A stretch of DNA of 64,000 nt, taken from positions 1 through 64,000 of the forward strand of contig NMRA01000375.1 in NCBI GenBank assembly GCA_002633005.1, given 5' to 3'. This document shows, in pieces, positions 51,332-64,000 of this stretch. The translations under genes were made by a program, and so were the position numbers. The notes below the pieces were generated by a model. The model made no database searches. It was not told where the DNA came from and saw nothing but the letters and a program-made list of their open reading frames with translations. The DNA comes from Phoronis australis. Lineage: Eukaryota > Animalia > Phoronida. How positions within the stretch are numbered: the stretch's first letter is position 1; every line of letters starts with the position of its first letter.

Positions 51332-53139
51332 CTCTGAACTCCTGGAATAGTACACAGAGGGTGACTACTGTTGACGACAGTGAATCAAATGAAGCGCGAG
51401 GCAATCACTAAGAAAAGTCTTGTGTTTTACAGGGGCGGATCCAGGATTTTGAGTTAGAAGGGACAGGGCAGAGTATTAGCCAGGATTTTGCCTGTCAGAC
51501 ATTTGCACCTCCATACTGCCAAATGGAATCTGGGAGAATTTTAGTGGGGCATGGCCACCTTGCCCCCCCTTAAATCCACCACAAATCTTGTTTGTTATGA
51601 CATCGAGTGGGTTTTATGAATATACACCCAGATAGGTGTCATACTTACTTGTACATGAGAAATCTCTACCCACAATACGCACTACAAGAAATTATATTTA
51701 GGTTAACGTATGGGAAAGGGAAATTAGCATGGAAGCGCCATGATCGAACAACATGTAAAAAATCACGAAAAGCAAATGCCGATCTAAATTTGAAGGAAGC
51801 GATGCAATGTCCTATAATTACAGAAATAGTCGTTCTTATTCGTGCTGACCTTTGTGTTACTGTAAGTCTCTAAGTGTGGAGCGCTGCCAAGAAAACTGTG
51901 GCATCTCCACTTGATCGCATAGGGAAATTACTAAACAGGATAGGCCTGCTTGTTGCCATTTTTGTAACGATAGCACTCCACTACCCAGAGATTAATCTAT
52001 AATAAGCCACTTTTCATTTAAATACAAAAATAAACGAGTTTGCAGCATTTTGCATACGAGATTGCAATGATTTCCAGCTTCCGTGACAATACCACTGTTT
52101 ATCTGTAGAACTGCTTTGCCTCGTTTACTTGGAAAAAGTATTTGCTCTGCTGTTGTCGGATTTAGATAGTACATTTCAAACTATTTTGTAAGCAACAGAC
52201 GAAGCACAGTGGTCCGTTATATTGTCGCGCCTCCATACTGATTTTTATTTGACGATGTATAGCCGTACAGCAGCGTTCGCTGTCTTGTTGCTTCCACGTC
52301 ACTTTACCATGGCTAACTGTTGTAATAGGCGGGACTTTTTATAGGCGCTTTCTGGAGTAATAAGATCACAAAACGACCTCCGCTTGCTCCCGACTCAGAT
52401 TCGATGGACAGAAATTCAATTACTACATAGCGGTTCATTAATTTAAAAACAGAGGAATAAAACCCGCTGCCAGACCATCTCAGTGTTTGATTAGGCTAAT
52501 TTGTGTTAGGTTTTCTTCCGCTTTATCAGTCACAGCAATTCTTCCGCTTCATCGCAGCCACTGAATTCCCATCCCCAGTTTTTTCTTTGTGGTGGGAAAT
52601 CAAAGGAACATGATGACCTTCAAATATGAATTTTTCAAGAGGTTTGTCTTGTAGCATGAGCTATTAGTATACCCCCACAGCACAGCAGTGTTTTAAAAAA
52701 CGCTGTTTATTCCATTAGGTCGAACCTCCCGCCGGCATTACATGGGATCTGTAGGTGGCGCTGAACGCCAGTCCACCAAGACCTGATCGCCGTCTGGCAA
52801 GATATTGAATTTCAATATGGGACGCTGTTTCGAAAATCAGACATTAAAGTTTCACTAAATTTACAAACAACATGACACCAACGACAACAGGAGTAGTATG
52901 ACAACAATAATCGAAATGGTAACTATAGTTACTAATCTGTGATTAATGTTAAAGCGGCAATTAGCTCACGTACCGTCAAAGAATCGAAATTTTGATTTAA
53001 ACCACTTTCCGCAGCAAAATCGGTCTCAACTTGTTTCTTACTCAGATGAGAAGTGGATTTAGATCTTGCAAAGAACTGCTAGTTCGTTATTCTTCGAGAC
53101 CACGTACGGAGAATAAAAGAAACGTCTTGACAAGTCAAC

Positions 53140-53296
53140 CTGTAGAGCCTGATATCAAGCAAACTATCAGTTGTAGAGCCTGATATCAAGTGAACTGTCA
53201 GCTGTAGAGCCTGATATCAAGCGAACTGTCAGCTGTAGAGCCTGATATCAAGCGAACTGTCAGCTGTAGAGCCTGATATCAAGCGAACTGTCAGCT
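53140..53296 (+). repeat. 31-bp minisatellite x5
   Basis: Unit ctgtagagcctgatatcaagcgaactgtcag. Confidence 0.92.
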
Positions 53297-55971
53297 CTTT
53301 CCAAGCTCATAAATCACACACATTTTTACTAAAGAACGATTTGAGACCAATTTCGTAACAGTAAGTGTTTTTTGTGACAGATGCGGGTTTATACCCACTT
53401 CGACATTTTACGTTCATAAATCTCTCCAAATGTAAAACTTTGAAACATTTTCCAACATAGTACATTTCCATGGAAACACGCCGAGGCAACATCCGGGACC
53501 TCCCACTACGTTAAATTTCGATGAATCTATGCAAAGACAATCTTACATGTTAGAGCCATGTGGATGATGCGCAATACGCGTACGGATACTTACATGTACG
53601 ATACGCGTCAATCGATGCATTTATCGTTTTGTTTTTTTAAGTGTTGTAGACATTTTGTGATAACTCAGTGAGTACGATGATTATTTATATTAACATGGTT
53701 GAACAGATTTAAGTTGACATTCAAGAACTATCGCATATGTGCGTAGTTAGGCTTATACGCCAATACCGGAAATGAAGCGTTTGTATACAGGCACATGCGC
53801 CTAAGTCACTTATAGGCGCAGTTAAATTACCTTTGTATCGGCGCATGCCTTCGTGTGTATACATGTACTCGCGAAGACTTGGACAAAAGCGCAAAATCTT
53901 GCCCCTGCGCAAAATTTTTAGGTGACTTGATTTGACAGCACAATTGCCATTATGTTAGGCTTACTTGCGAAGTGCAGTGACAAAGTGTTGCAAAATCGAT
54001 TTTAACGTTTTCATATTTGTAAAGCGTGATCAAAACCAGTACTTTGCTAACAAGAAAGTTTTAGAATGAAATCAAAGAAAATTTCAATTAACTTTTCCAG
54101 TAAAAATAGAAAATGCATACATTTCTCAACTGAAAAACAAAGTAAGCATTTAAAGTTAGGCTGCAAACTAAATAAGTGAACATGCAATACGTTCAGGCGT
54201 ATCATGAGAGCCAATACGTCATTCCCAAGATTCTTCACTTGCATTCCAAGTCACATGTATTTCGAAATATTTAAAGGCGCATTATCGGGGAGAAAAGTAG
54301 TAGAACCTGGAACCCTCGCGGTCGCAGCCTTACGTTTAGCTAAACTGCTAAAATACCACTTGATAAATGGGTATTTTACTCGTGTTTAACTTGATTTCTT
54401 CGAATGTCTGGTAGACATCGTTGTGAACCGGCGATTAGAAGTAAAATCACAATACAACTCATTTTGTTGTTTTATAGCTCTGGTCAAAACTAATAAATTC
54501 AAAAATTCAATCCATTCAACAATAGTCCCAAAATGTGTTTTCCGACAGTAAAGGTGATAACGTCTCTTTAAAAAATTTGATCACTCGAAATTGGGGCCGA
54601 ATATCAGCCTCATTCCCATCTCAAAATATTTAAAAATTACGAGAAATTCCCCTCATCAAGTCAAAAATCCCTCCCCCTGAACAACCAAAAAATCCCCTCA
54701 TGCTTCTAACCTCAGACAACGTCAAAATATCGCGTATTCAGGCCACCAGACACCAGAAACGTCACAAACTAGTTTTCTTGTAAAACAAGTGACACATACA
54801 GGAGTGCTAAAACCAGATAGGGTAGGCAAGAGTTTTTCCATTAAAATTTCAAACCCTTTACTAAAGGAACTATGATTGTGAACATACTTAAATATGTGTC
54901 TGGACCCCTCCAGCAGCGCACTGGCAACACAGAGTGCATGAAGTCTTACGCAAGAAATGGAACAAACGCGACCATGGTCCCCAAGTTTAGGCAGAAAACC
55001 AACGCCTGTAGAGTAACGTCATAATGGTGGCCACGCTCTTTATTCTATAGCAGCTCTTTCACTTTTTTCGTTTAAACAAGAGTTTAACGGGTCTAAACGC
55101 TAGCACTAATACAGAGAAAAAATATCAATGATGCAGTTTCCACATGCGGTTTATGCGGAAATACAAACAGACTTTGCTTTGAATCGAATATAAACAATAG
55201 CTTTTACGGCAACGGAAACTTTACAACCTCATCGTTAGGTTTCATCAGTTTAATGAAATGGGAGAGTAAGAATAAAACAACACTAGTCAGAAATTTTCTT
55301 TATCAGACATAGCAAAGAAACACGCACGTTGGTAAAGTTACTTTTTCTGGACTTGTTGTGATTTCGGTCGTGAAAACGTTTCAATAAATACCTGCAAAAG
55401 CATAAACAGGTGTTATGCAGGTTCGCTAGCCATATCATAGTTTAATGTTTAGTTTGCAACCTAAAACAAGATGCCGTCGTGTTGTACTACTACAGACTGG
55501 CGGTGGGTCACAACGATATTTCACTTATATAGGGAAGGTATATGGAACGTGCCGCTCAGGGGAGGGGGTGATTTTTTCACTGCCTGGGTTCCCACTAAAA
55601 GGTTCCCTAAAACGGCAAAACTACAAAAAGCCGTTAGAATAATACAGCCCGACGATTTTTTGTTCAATTTTAATTCAATAAATAAGATTTATGTAGGTTC
55701 TAAAAGCCTCTTGCAAAAGGGTTGAGTTGGGAAAAAAACGTACAAAAGGGCTACTTTTCCATAGAAGTTCACAACAAATATGGGTCCCTTTTAAACAAGT
55801 TTATTAGCTCAAAATGTTGGTACCCTAATTTCCCAGAGGCAGGCACCCCGTCAAAAACATAATTGACTCCTCGAGTAAATTCTAGTTAATATACAAATAG
55901 AGAATAAAGTCGCATATGCAATCACGGGTCTACAGAGGGCGCCAGAGGTTCCGGGCTCTTTCTGCAACATC

Positions 55972-56125
55972 AGGCGTGCGTTCAGTAGACAGTAGGACCT
56001 ACGCTAGGACCTAGCTAAAACCTAGTCTAAGTCACGTGTTCTCATTTAAAATGCACGGCAATATCTCACGTAATCTCGCGAAGTCTTGCTTTTTAGCGAG
56101 GTCCTAGCGTAACTGAACGGGAGGC
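55972..56125. mobile_element. Short MITE, same family as 34690-34847
   Basis: Same ends and core. Confidence 0.65.
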
Positions 56126-59100
56126 AGTTTCATATTGCAGTAATGCATTTCCGCCTAGTAGGACAAAAAAGCATAGTTAGCTCTGTTATGTGGAATTTGT
56201 TTTATTTTTTACTCATCGATTGACAAATCAAGGCTTTCCACCCTCGCATACGTGCCTTTGTGCAGCTTTTCAAAAAACAATGAGAGTTTCGGTGAAAATG
56301 ATGTGGGCTGACGTTTTCTTACCGACTTCGCCGTTAATTGTCTCGGACCCGCGTCTGCGTGCCTGATCACAAGCAACAACTACAAGACTCTTCGCGAAAT
56401 AAAAAGCAACGTGGATTTTTGTCCCACCTCCCTTAAGGAAATGCTTCCAACCTGTTACTGCACAGCGCGCATAGAACTCAGTTTGTAAGGCCTCGTGCAG
56501 TTTTCAAAGCTATAGACCTCAGACGCGGTTCACACTAGGTGGCGATTTTGTCTCACTTCCAGCGATCACTATTAGTCTGAAAGGAGGGCACACACAACAG
56601 TGAACATTTTTACAACGCTGACAACACTGGGAGTCTATCGACAAATTTAAGACCTTAACTTTTATTTTGTAGGCGAATTAGTCCTTCTTTCGTTAAAAAA
56701 ACAATTGAGCTGAGATAGTCGATCACATCCTACAACAAAATTAACCTCCATTCTTCCTTATTAGATGTAAGAACTGTAGCACAACTTACCATTTTTACTA
56801 TGGTGCCAAGAGGGTTTCCCTAGCACAGCAAATCCTACCTATTTCTGGTGTTAATTCTAAAACAGAGTCTAGTTTTGTTTTGTTGTTTTTTCTTGACACA
56901 AGCCTGTAATTCGTACCTCGATAGGAAACATTGTGACGAATGAAAACAGCCTTTGGCTGTTATCACGTATATATCAAACGACAGAACGCAAATTGATAAT
57001 GGAAAGCACTAACGTATATCATTTATCGCATAAATCACTAAAAAGATCAAGGATTTTAAGACTTGTTTCAGCGAATGGTCCCTATGATCAATGTTATTTT
57101 ATGGCATCTGAAATTAGATCGGAAAACTTTCGTCCAGACATTTGACCTGTAATGTAGAATTGGACCTACGCTATTGTGCTTCGTGTTAGTTTGGGGAAAG
57201 TAATTTGATTTAAAACTGTGATTTGATTCATTTACCCAACTATTAAAGTCAGATAGAAGTCTTTTATCCATTGTGGTCGCCATTTATCCTAATGCTAGCC
57301 AGATGGTGACTGTACAACACTATTTTGCGATTCGGTTTGTAAATGGCCCTCAGGTGTAACGACCTAAGTCGTCGACGCACTCGTCGGCCGTGACCCTGGC
57401 TTATTCTCATTCACTGGAAACTGACATCTTTACGGATAGCGCGTGAACTTTGAGCAATAAGTTGGGAGTAGTCACTACTATGTAAAAATTCCTGATGTTC
57501 AAAGACGATATTTCATAGGAAATTATGACGCTGGTGTGTTGAAAATCCGTATGCAGTTAAGTTTGCAAGTTGTACTTACCTAGGTTGCCAGTGAGAAAGC
57601 AAACTAGATGTGACGAAAACAAAAAGGCACGAATTGTTGTACTCGGAACACATCGGGTGTTTTCCTTGCCTCGGATAACTTGGCGTTGCGAAAATACCGG
57701 AGGTATGTGTTCCCATTGGTGTTTCCACAAATCTTTGCACGAGGACGTTCGCGACAACTTTTCGAAGTTTCGAAAAATTCATTACGGAGACGAGTCGCTA
57801 ATTAGCGAAGGGCAACGTTTCAGTGGACAAAAACTAGTGCCAACGTACTTGATCACCAAAAATGTAGAAGGGATAAAATTCCCAGAAAAAAATCTGCGAC
57901 AGAGATTCAGATATTGTTGATGATACCTGATAGAAAAAAAAACGATGGCTAAAGTGTCCAATAGATAGATACTTCAAATGATGAGCCCTCACTTGAAATT
58001 GGGTCAAGGGCCGGAAAACCCACAGAACGTGTCCATGCCCCAGTGTGAACAAATACCCTTACAATAACACGAAGATGATAAAATATACTTTCGTAACGAG
58101 CCCTTCAATCAAACAGGAATTGTTTAAAATTTGACTACGTACTTTACGAACTATCTTCAGTCCATTTTGTTCCAAATGACGGAAGAAATAACAAAATGTT
58201 CAGTACAAGATTTAACGGAATTTTTATCGTTTTTGACGGCCGTAGAAAGCATTTTTGATGTTAGGTGGGATAGACTTCTTGAAGTCATTAGCCATAAAAC
58301 AACAAAATCCGCTTTGTTTTTGTGATTCCATTACAAATCACAAATTCTCGCCGTTGTCCCACTGCCAGACATTCGCTGAAATCAAAGAACGTCTTTACGA
58401 TACAAAGATGCAATACTCTGGGTGGGATTTGGTTCAGCTGCATAGTGTTAGGTTGCGACTACGGACATTTCAGGTTCAATACTACGCAAAAGCCACACTT
58501 CGAGTGGCTGATTTTGACCTTAACTCTGATCTGGGTAAATGAAAGCCCTTGTTTGCACCTGAAAATGACATGAAAGACAAAAAGCACACACGATGGGGTT
58601 TCTCAAAGATGAAGAAATTCAACAAAGCCATACCTTTTTACCTTGCCGTAAAAATTGACATTGCAAAAATGACCCAAAAATAGCGATTTTGGCTCCTTTG
58701 TACCTAAAATCACAAATTCACGACTGCTGCGGTGCAAGAGAGTAGATAAGAAACCGAATGCTCTTTCAATCTAGATTCCAGAAATTTAGATTAAAATATG
58801 TTACTACCAACCAGATTTTTTGACAATTTTCGTTTTTCTGAAGGGTTACTGGATTCGTACCAAAAATTCAACACTCAACAAGGATCTGTTCTGAAAATGG
58901 CGGAACTTCTGTATCCGGGCAGACAAGAGCAGAGGCCAATCGAAACAATTTCAAGGAACTGCCTTTCCTGGCAATCACTCCCCATTTACTCCCCAAAATT
59001 GCCGTCAAACCTGGCCCACCCCATTTTCTTCATGACTGGGGGACCTACAAAGGCTTGAACCGTGGCCTCAGACCTACCGCGCAGCGTTTCAAACTATGAC

Positions 59101-60498
59101 GATAATGTCTCAACAGCGGATTTCGTGATGCGCTTCTGTAACAAACATTTAACCCGCAAGATGCGTTGTGGTTTTGTTCAATTAATGGTAGGAAATCAGC
59201 AGTTTTCAACAGGACACACAGTTGTCGTTGAATTTATTAGAGTCTTGGAAAACACTCTCTAGCATTACCATTACTTCCAGTCATGCACGAAATCCAATTA
59301 TCTATTACAATAATTTTAGGTACACTGAGCGCTGTTCAGGTAACGTGATTATTACCTTGGGACATCCCGTTTCACCATTGGCGAGTAACTAATATTTGAT
59401 TTAAGTTTACAATCTTCGCAAAAATCGGTTCTTGAAATAAAGGTAAATTAAAACTTCTCGTTTTTAAGGTTATACAGCGGCCAGTGTGATTTTTGGCTTA
59501 ATTCTAACTTTACTTTACTTTGAAGTTGACTATTTTTTGAGCTTCAATGTTTAAAGAAAAAAGCGTTCACCCGCATAACATTCTATATTTTTATTTCAAA
59601 AGCGATAAGCAAACGTAAGATTTTTCATGGCTTTGCAGTGACTTATCGACAACTACGCCTGTTATGCCTTAATTGGTTGAGAACGGGTTTCCAAAGGCAT
59701 AGTGATGCGATCTCAAGATGAGCAGTAAGTCCCCTCCCCCCAATTCCTCTTTTTGCTGATGTTTTGGAAAGTTTGGGAAGTAGTATACACTACCAAATTC
59801 TGAAAAAGTGTTAGTTTGCGATTGGTAATCCATCAACACTGACAAAGTTGTGTTTGGGAACTCGAGTTTGAAAACAAAAAGTTTACCGGAACAGCCGGTG
59901 AGTATCATAAGTCCGCCACAGGCCGCGTTCGGGCGTCAGTCAGCCGTGTTTGTGCCTTGATCAATTAAGTTTATCTGGTCCGTTAGCCGAATTTATAGGT
60001 GAAGCAATTGTGTTGATGATGAGTGCAGCAGCAGTGTTCTTCGGGTATCCTGCTTTTGGCGCACTAAACGGTCCCCTTAATTTGAAGTTGTGAATAGTTA
60101 AGCCTTTGAAAGCGCGCCTAGTCTGGTTTTCACGTATAAACCTAAGTGGTTTAGTGCCACCCTGTATTCAACCGGTTTCGTCCAAACATCGAAATAAATA
60201 GGACAACTTCTGTAGATGTCCAAGTAGCAATAACAATCGACAATTCGCTTGCATACTTTATCGCGGACGCATGATCTTGTAAACTTCTAAAATACAAACT
60301 CATCCTAAATCGCAGAGAAAATTTGGTCGCACTAAATGGAAAGTACTATAAAATGAAAGCGCTGAGGGGAGCCATGTTGCCACTTGTAGTCACCGGATAG
60401 TGATGAGGTTATAAAAAGCTGGCCCAACTTGAAAGACATCTGTTGAATACAACATGCGTCCTATATCTAAATTCGTTGAAAGTCCATGGATTCATTAC

Positions 60499-60598
60499 CT
60501 GTCTGCGGAACACGTTGAAAACGTTGTTTCGGGATTGGCTCTGAGAAGGTGAGAGCGTTTAGTTGGCAACTCGTACTTCACATATCTACGAATTTATA
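60499..60598 (-). promoter_or_regulatory. Candidate collagen core promoter and non-coding first exon
   Basis: Minus-strand TATAAA at 60598-60593, Inr-like cgAGTT ~27 nt downstream, then donor CAG|gtaatg at 60499. The ATG exon has an acceptor, so an upstream exon must exist somewhere. Confidence 0.3.
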
Positions 60599-63500
60599 GT
60601 TAAGGGTCAGTCACACCGTTCTTTAAATAGAAATAATAATCACCCAATTGACCAAAATAACATGTCGCTTGATATATCTAAACACGCTGTGTCATCGTGT
60701 ATGGTCTGTTGGTCAGTTAGTTTCTAACAGGTCGACATTTAAGTGTCCTAGCTAAGTAACAGCACAACCAGCTTATACAAGACTACATGCATCGTTTCTC
60801 CTACTTGCTTACCAAATGAACAGTGTTCCACGTTCCTGAGGCGGCCCAATGCCTTTGAGGAAGAACGCGTGGGCCACGAGTTTTGAAGTGGGTGAGAATA
60901 TGACACGAGGAGGGCAAAACAAGAGGTCTGACTGACAAGACGTCAAGGGTTTAGGGGGCACATCCTGTTGTTAAAGGCAACATGTTGCATGTGGCGTCGT
61001 TGGCAGCACTGCCTGCATTATCCCAGATGTTATAACATGAGAGAACAGTCACCTATATCCGTCAAACGCCTCTGGACACCCACACATTGAGCCTCATGAC
61101 ACAGCGAGGCAAGATTGCCCAGTCGGTTGCCCCGGCCGTCCACAACAAACCACTTACCGTTGTGAATGGACTGTCAGTATACATAAGTGTTTCACCTTCA
61201 GACTTCAACAGTTTATAATCAGAGTAATGGCTATAGCAGACCCGGCTCCCACACAAAACATCAGCTCATCTCGCAGTCCCCGTGCCGTCTGACCAAGTTC
61301 GGGTAAACACTACAAGGCCAAGTCCAAATTCTCGTGGTTTGTACAACTTGTATTCGTCAGATGCTCGTCGTGATTGGCCGGCCTGCGGCTCACGTAGTCA
61401 GACGTAACATGTGTTCTAGTGAAACTGAATACAGCAGTGAGTGTGCGAGCCTGGGGCCTAATCAGCCGATTGTCTTACATTTCCGCGGCACCGCCGGTGT
61501 TCTAAAATTCGTACAGGTAATTAATGTCAGGTGGAATATAGTGTGAACCCCAGCATCTGATTTGAAATACCTGGCGGCGTAGTAAATACACAGAACATTT
61601 TCAGTATTCCATTTGCAGTCGATACATATAAAAAGTACACGTAGTTTGTAACATCCAGGCATTAGTTTTTTAGCATTGCTAGCAGAGACAGAAATAATTT
61701 TACCTGATTCAGAATCCATAGAACAATGACACTTCTAGTGTACTTTCGGTAACATCATGTTAGAATAAAATTAGCATAGTTAAAATTTAAAAAGACTCAC
61801 CAAGGAACTCCCTGACTTTTGTCAATATTTCTTTCACGTACGTACAATACAGTACATTCGTCGGAAAGTGCTTCTGGTTTTCATGGAATGTATGTTTTAT
61901 CTGTAACATCGAATTTCAGCATCGACAATTGAAGAGGCACTTACTACGAAACTCCTCCACAAAATAATATCCACGTCCTCTTTGAACAGTTGAATTATTC
62001 AAACTATGTAAAAATTCTGGCACTGAGAGTGCCTATACATCCCATTTCCTTCACAAAAAACTTTTGATTTTGACTACTAATCGTGATGAATTTGGTCTTA
62101 AATTGCTCCTTAGTTAAATGGGAGATGATTTTAGTGCTTCGAAAGTACCGTAGGAAACACGGCTACTCAAGTTGGTTTATCGCGGCGTGTCGTTTTATGC
62201 ACCGAACATGGTTCTGAGGAAAAAAGAAATGACAGTTCTTTACAACACCACATAAATCTCAGTAAGAAACAAGTCGAGACCGTTTTACAGTAATATTTAA
62301 AAACAACAATTCGCTTCTTGATACGGAACGGAGGTTTATAGCCGCTTTAAGACATTATTTATTGTGTTGTGAATAACATCGCAAATATATGTAATAACAT
62401 TCAATGTACGCTGGCACCTGTTTCGCTAAGGATTGTAAATTGAATCAAAAGGGAACAGAATAGCGAGAGCTGCACTGGTATAATGCATTCATTATCACCT
62501 CTAACATTAATAATATTTTCATTTACTTTTACTCCATCGTCATTGCTAAACGCATTCCAAATTTCGCTTATAATCCAAACAACAAAGCATTGAAAGATGT
62601 AAGAAAATACATTGGTACCTTTTTATTATGTTTTCAAATAAATCGATGTTTTTCTTACAGCCAAAATCAGAACGTGCGTCTTGATGAAAATCAAGGTGAA
62701 ACAATGGGAGAGAAATTTGTTTTTGACATCTGCCCCAAGACGGATTCGAGCTCAAGACCTGTGCGGTAGCAGTACCACGTTTTCGTAACAAAATTAAAGT
62801 TTTTAAAGCTTATTCAACTGACAAAGATACCAGCGTTGTGTTCAGCGAATGACTGGCAGCCGACGGCGAGAATTGATGATTTGCAAGTAAAATCACAGTC
62901 ACACAACGGACTTTATTGTCTTATTGCGCTGGCCAATTCTAATAAATACGATTATCATGGCTTAAAAATGCGTTTTCGGACGTAGAATCGATCATGTCCC
63001 TTTAAATCAAACGCTTTTGCTAACAAAAATTACACACAGTGTTGCGCAATTCGCTCAATCCCAGTGATGCAATTTAACAGCCCTCATCAATACCGGTTTG
63101 TATGCAGTTGTATCAAGAACAGGCCATGTCGTCTTCCACTAACATCCGGAACAGCGGGGTGTATTCCTCGGTGGTTGTACCTCGGACTACTATATTTTAT
63201 AGTCCGTGGTTTTATGCAGAGCACGTCTCACTCAATACGATACTGGGCGATCGCCGTCACGTTCGCTCTTTCCTCCCAAAATGGGTTGGAATCCGTGTAA
63301 AATCCACAGGTACATTTCCTTACTCTGCTTACTCCCAGAGTTGTGAGAAAACATTAAGGCGCCATTGGATTCTCCCAACAGCTTACCGACGAATAACAAA
63401 TTGTCGCAGACTTTAGCAGGCAATAGTTTCAGTTGCAGGTCCGAAACCCTTATTATCATTGAACGCTTCTTTGAATTTGACTAAGAGGAATGTTCAGTTA

Positions 63501-64000
63501 ATCCAAGGCAGAAAAGTGGTAAAGAATTGAGATTACCTTATAATTAGTTTATTGTTTACACATGTGTCGCTGTCGCTTACTGTTAGAAACATGGGTACCT
63601 TTTGTGAGTCTATGGTCGTTCCACAATCTTGTGCAAATTATCCACTATGCTCCGCCGTGCCTTAAGTAAAAGAAAACCACAGTACTCAACACGTGTTTTG
63701 TGTTTTGTTGTAGAAGGTGCTATCAGCTGTACTATAGTCGCACGCTGCACCGTCTGGATAGACCTAAACGTGATCCCGAAAGTGGGTCGGCCTGTGCCAA
63801 ACCCAATCTGATCACATAGGCCATTTTGCGGAAAGAACCTCCGAAATAAGCCACTGGCTTAATTAAAGAATTAAGCCCAAAAAATATCACGTCGTGTAAA
63901 AATTTATTGAAGGTTTAAGCCGATGTAGATTGTGGCTCAAAAGCGAAGATATTGCCACTGTTTGGCGAAAGGTCACTTCTTTGTCGCTCACATTATTGTT

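Noticed and set aside
10252-53296. Tandem arrays (16, 50, ~40 and 31 bp) as CRISPR-like arrays
   Set aside because: Units are head-to-tail with no unique spacers, there are no cas genes, and the context is eukaryotic intron.
55471-55725. ORF starting MPSCC, possible THAP start
   Set aside because: Lacks the downstream FP, W and CxxHF motifs.

Overview
Animal genomic DNA: AT-rich, intron-rich, with two N-gaps. The repeat content suggests a marine invertebrate (inference). Most of the window is one minus-strand, multi-exon gene for a FACIT-type collagen with interrupted triple helices. I could splice 23 coding exons in frame (about 688 codons, 51331 to 1914): signal peptide, COL9A1-NC4-like TSPN domain, C-x3-C-P linker, then Gly-X-Y exons. 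No stop codon is confidently reached. Its largest coding-region intron (4723-21101) holds an intact, intronless opposite-strand gene (16150-18936) for a type I membrane receptor with about 27 LRRs, LRRCT, Ig, TM and a short tail ending in a PDZ-binding motif. One collagen exon appears twice across an assembly gap, most likely uncollapsed haplotypes. Introns carry a Kolobok-type element with a THAP remnant, a Penelope-like GIY-YIG retroelement fragment (16-bp TSD, inverted tail, degenerate hammerhead), several MITEs, and dispersed repeats whose copies have independently grown minisatellites.
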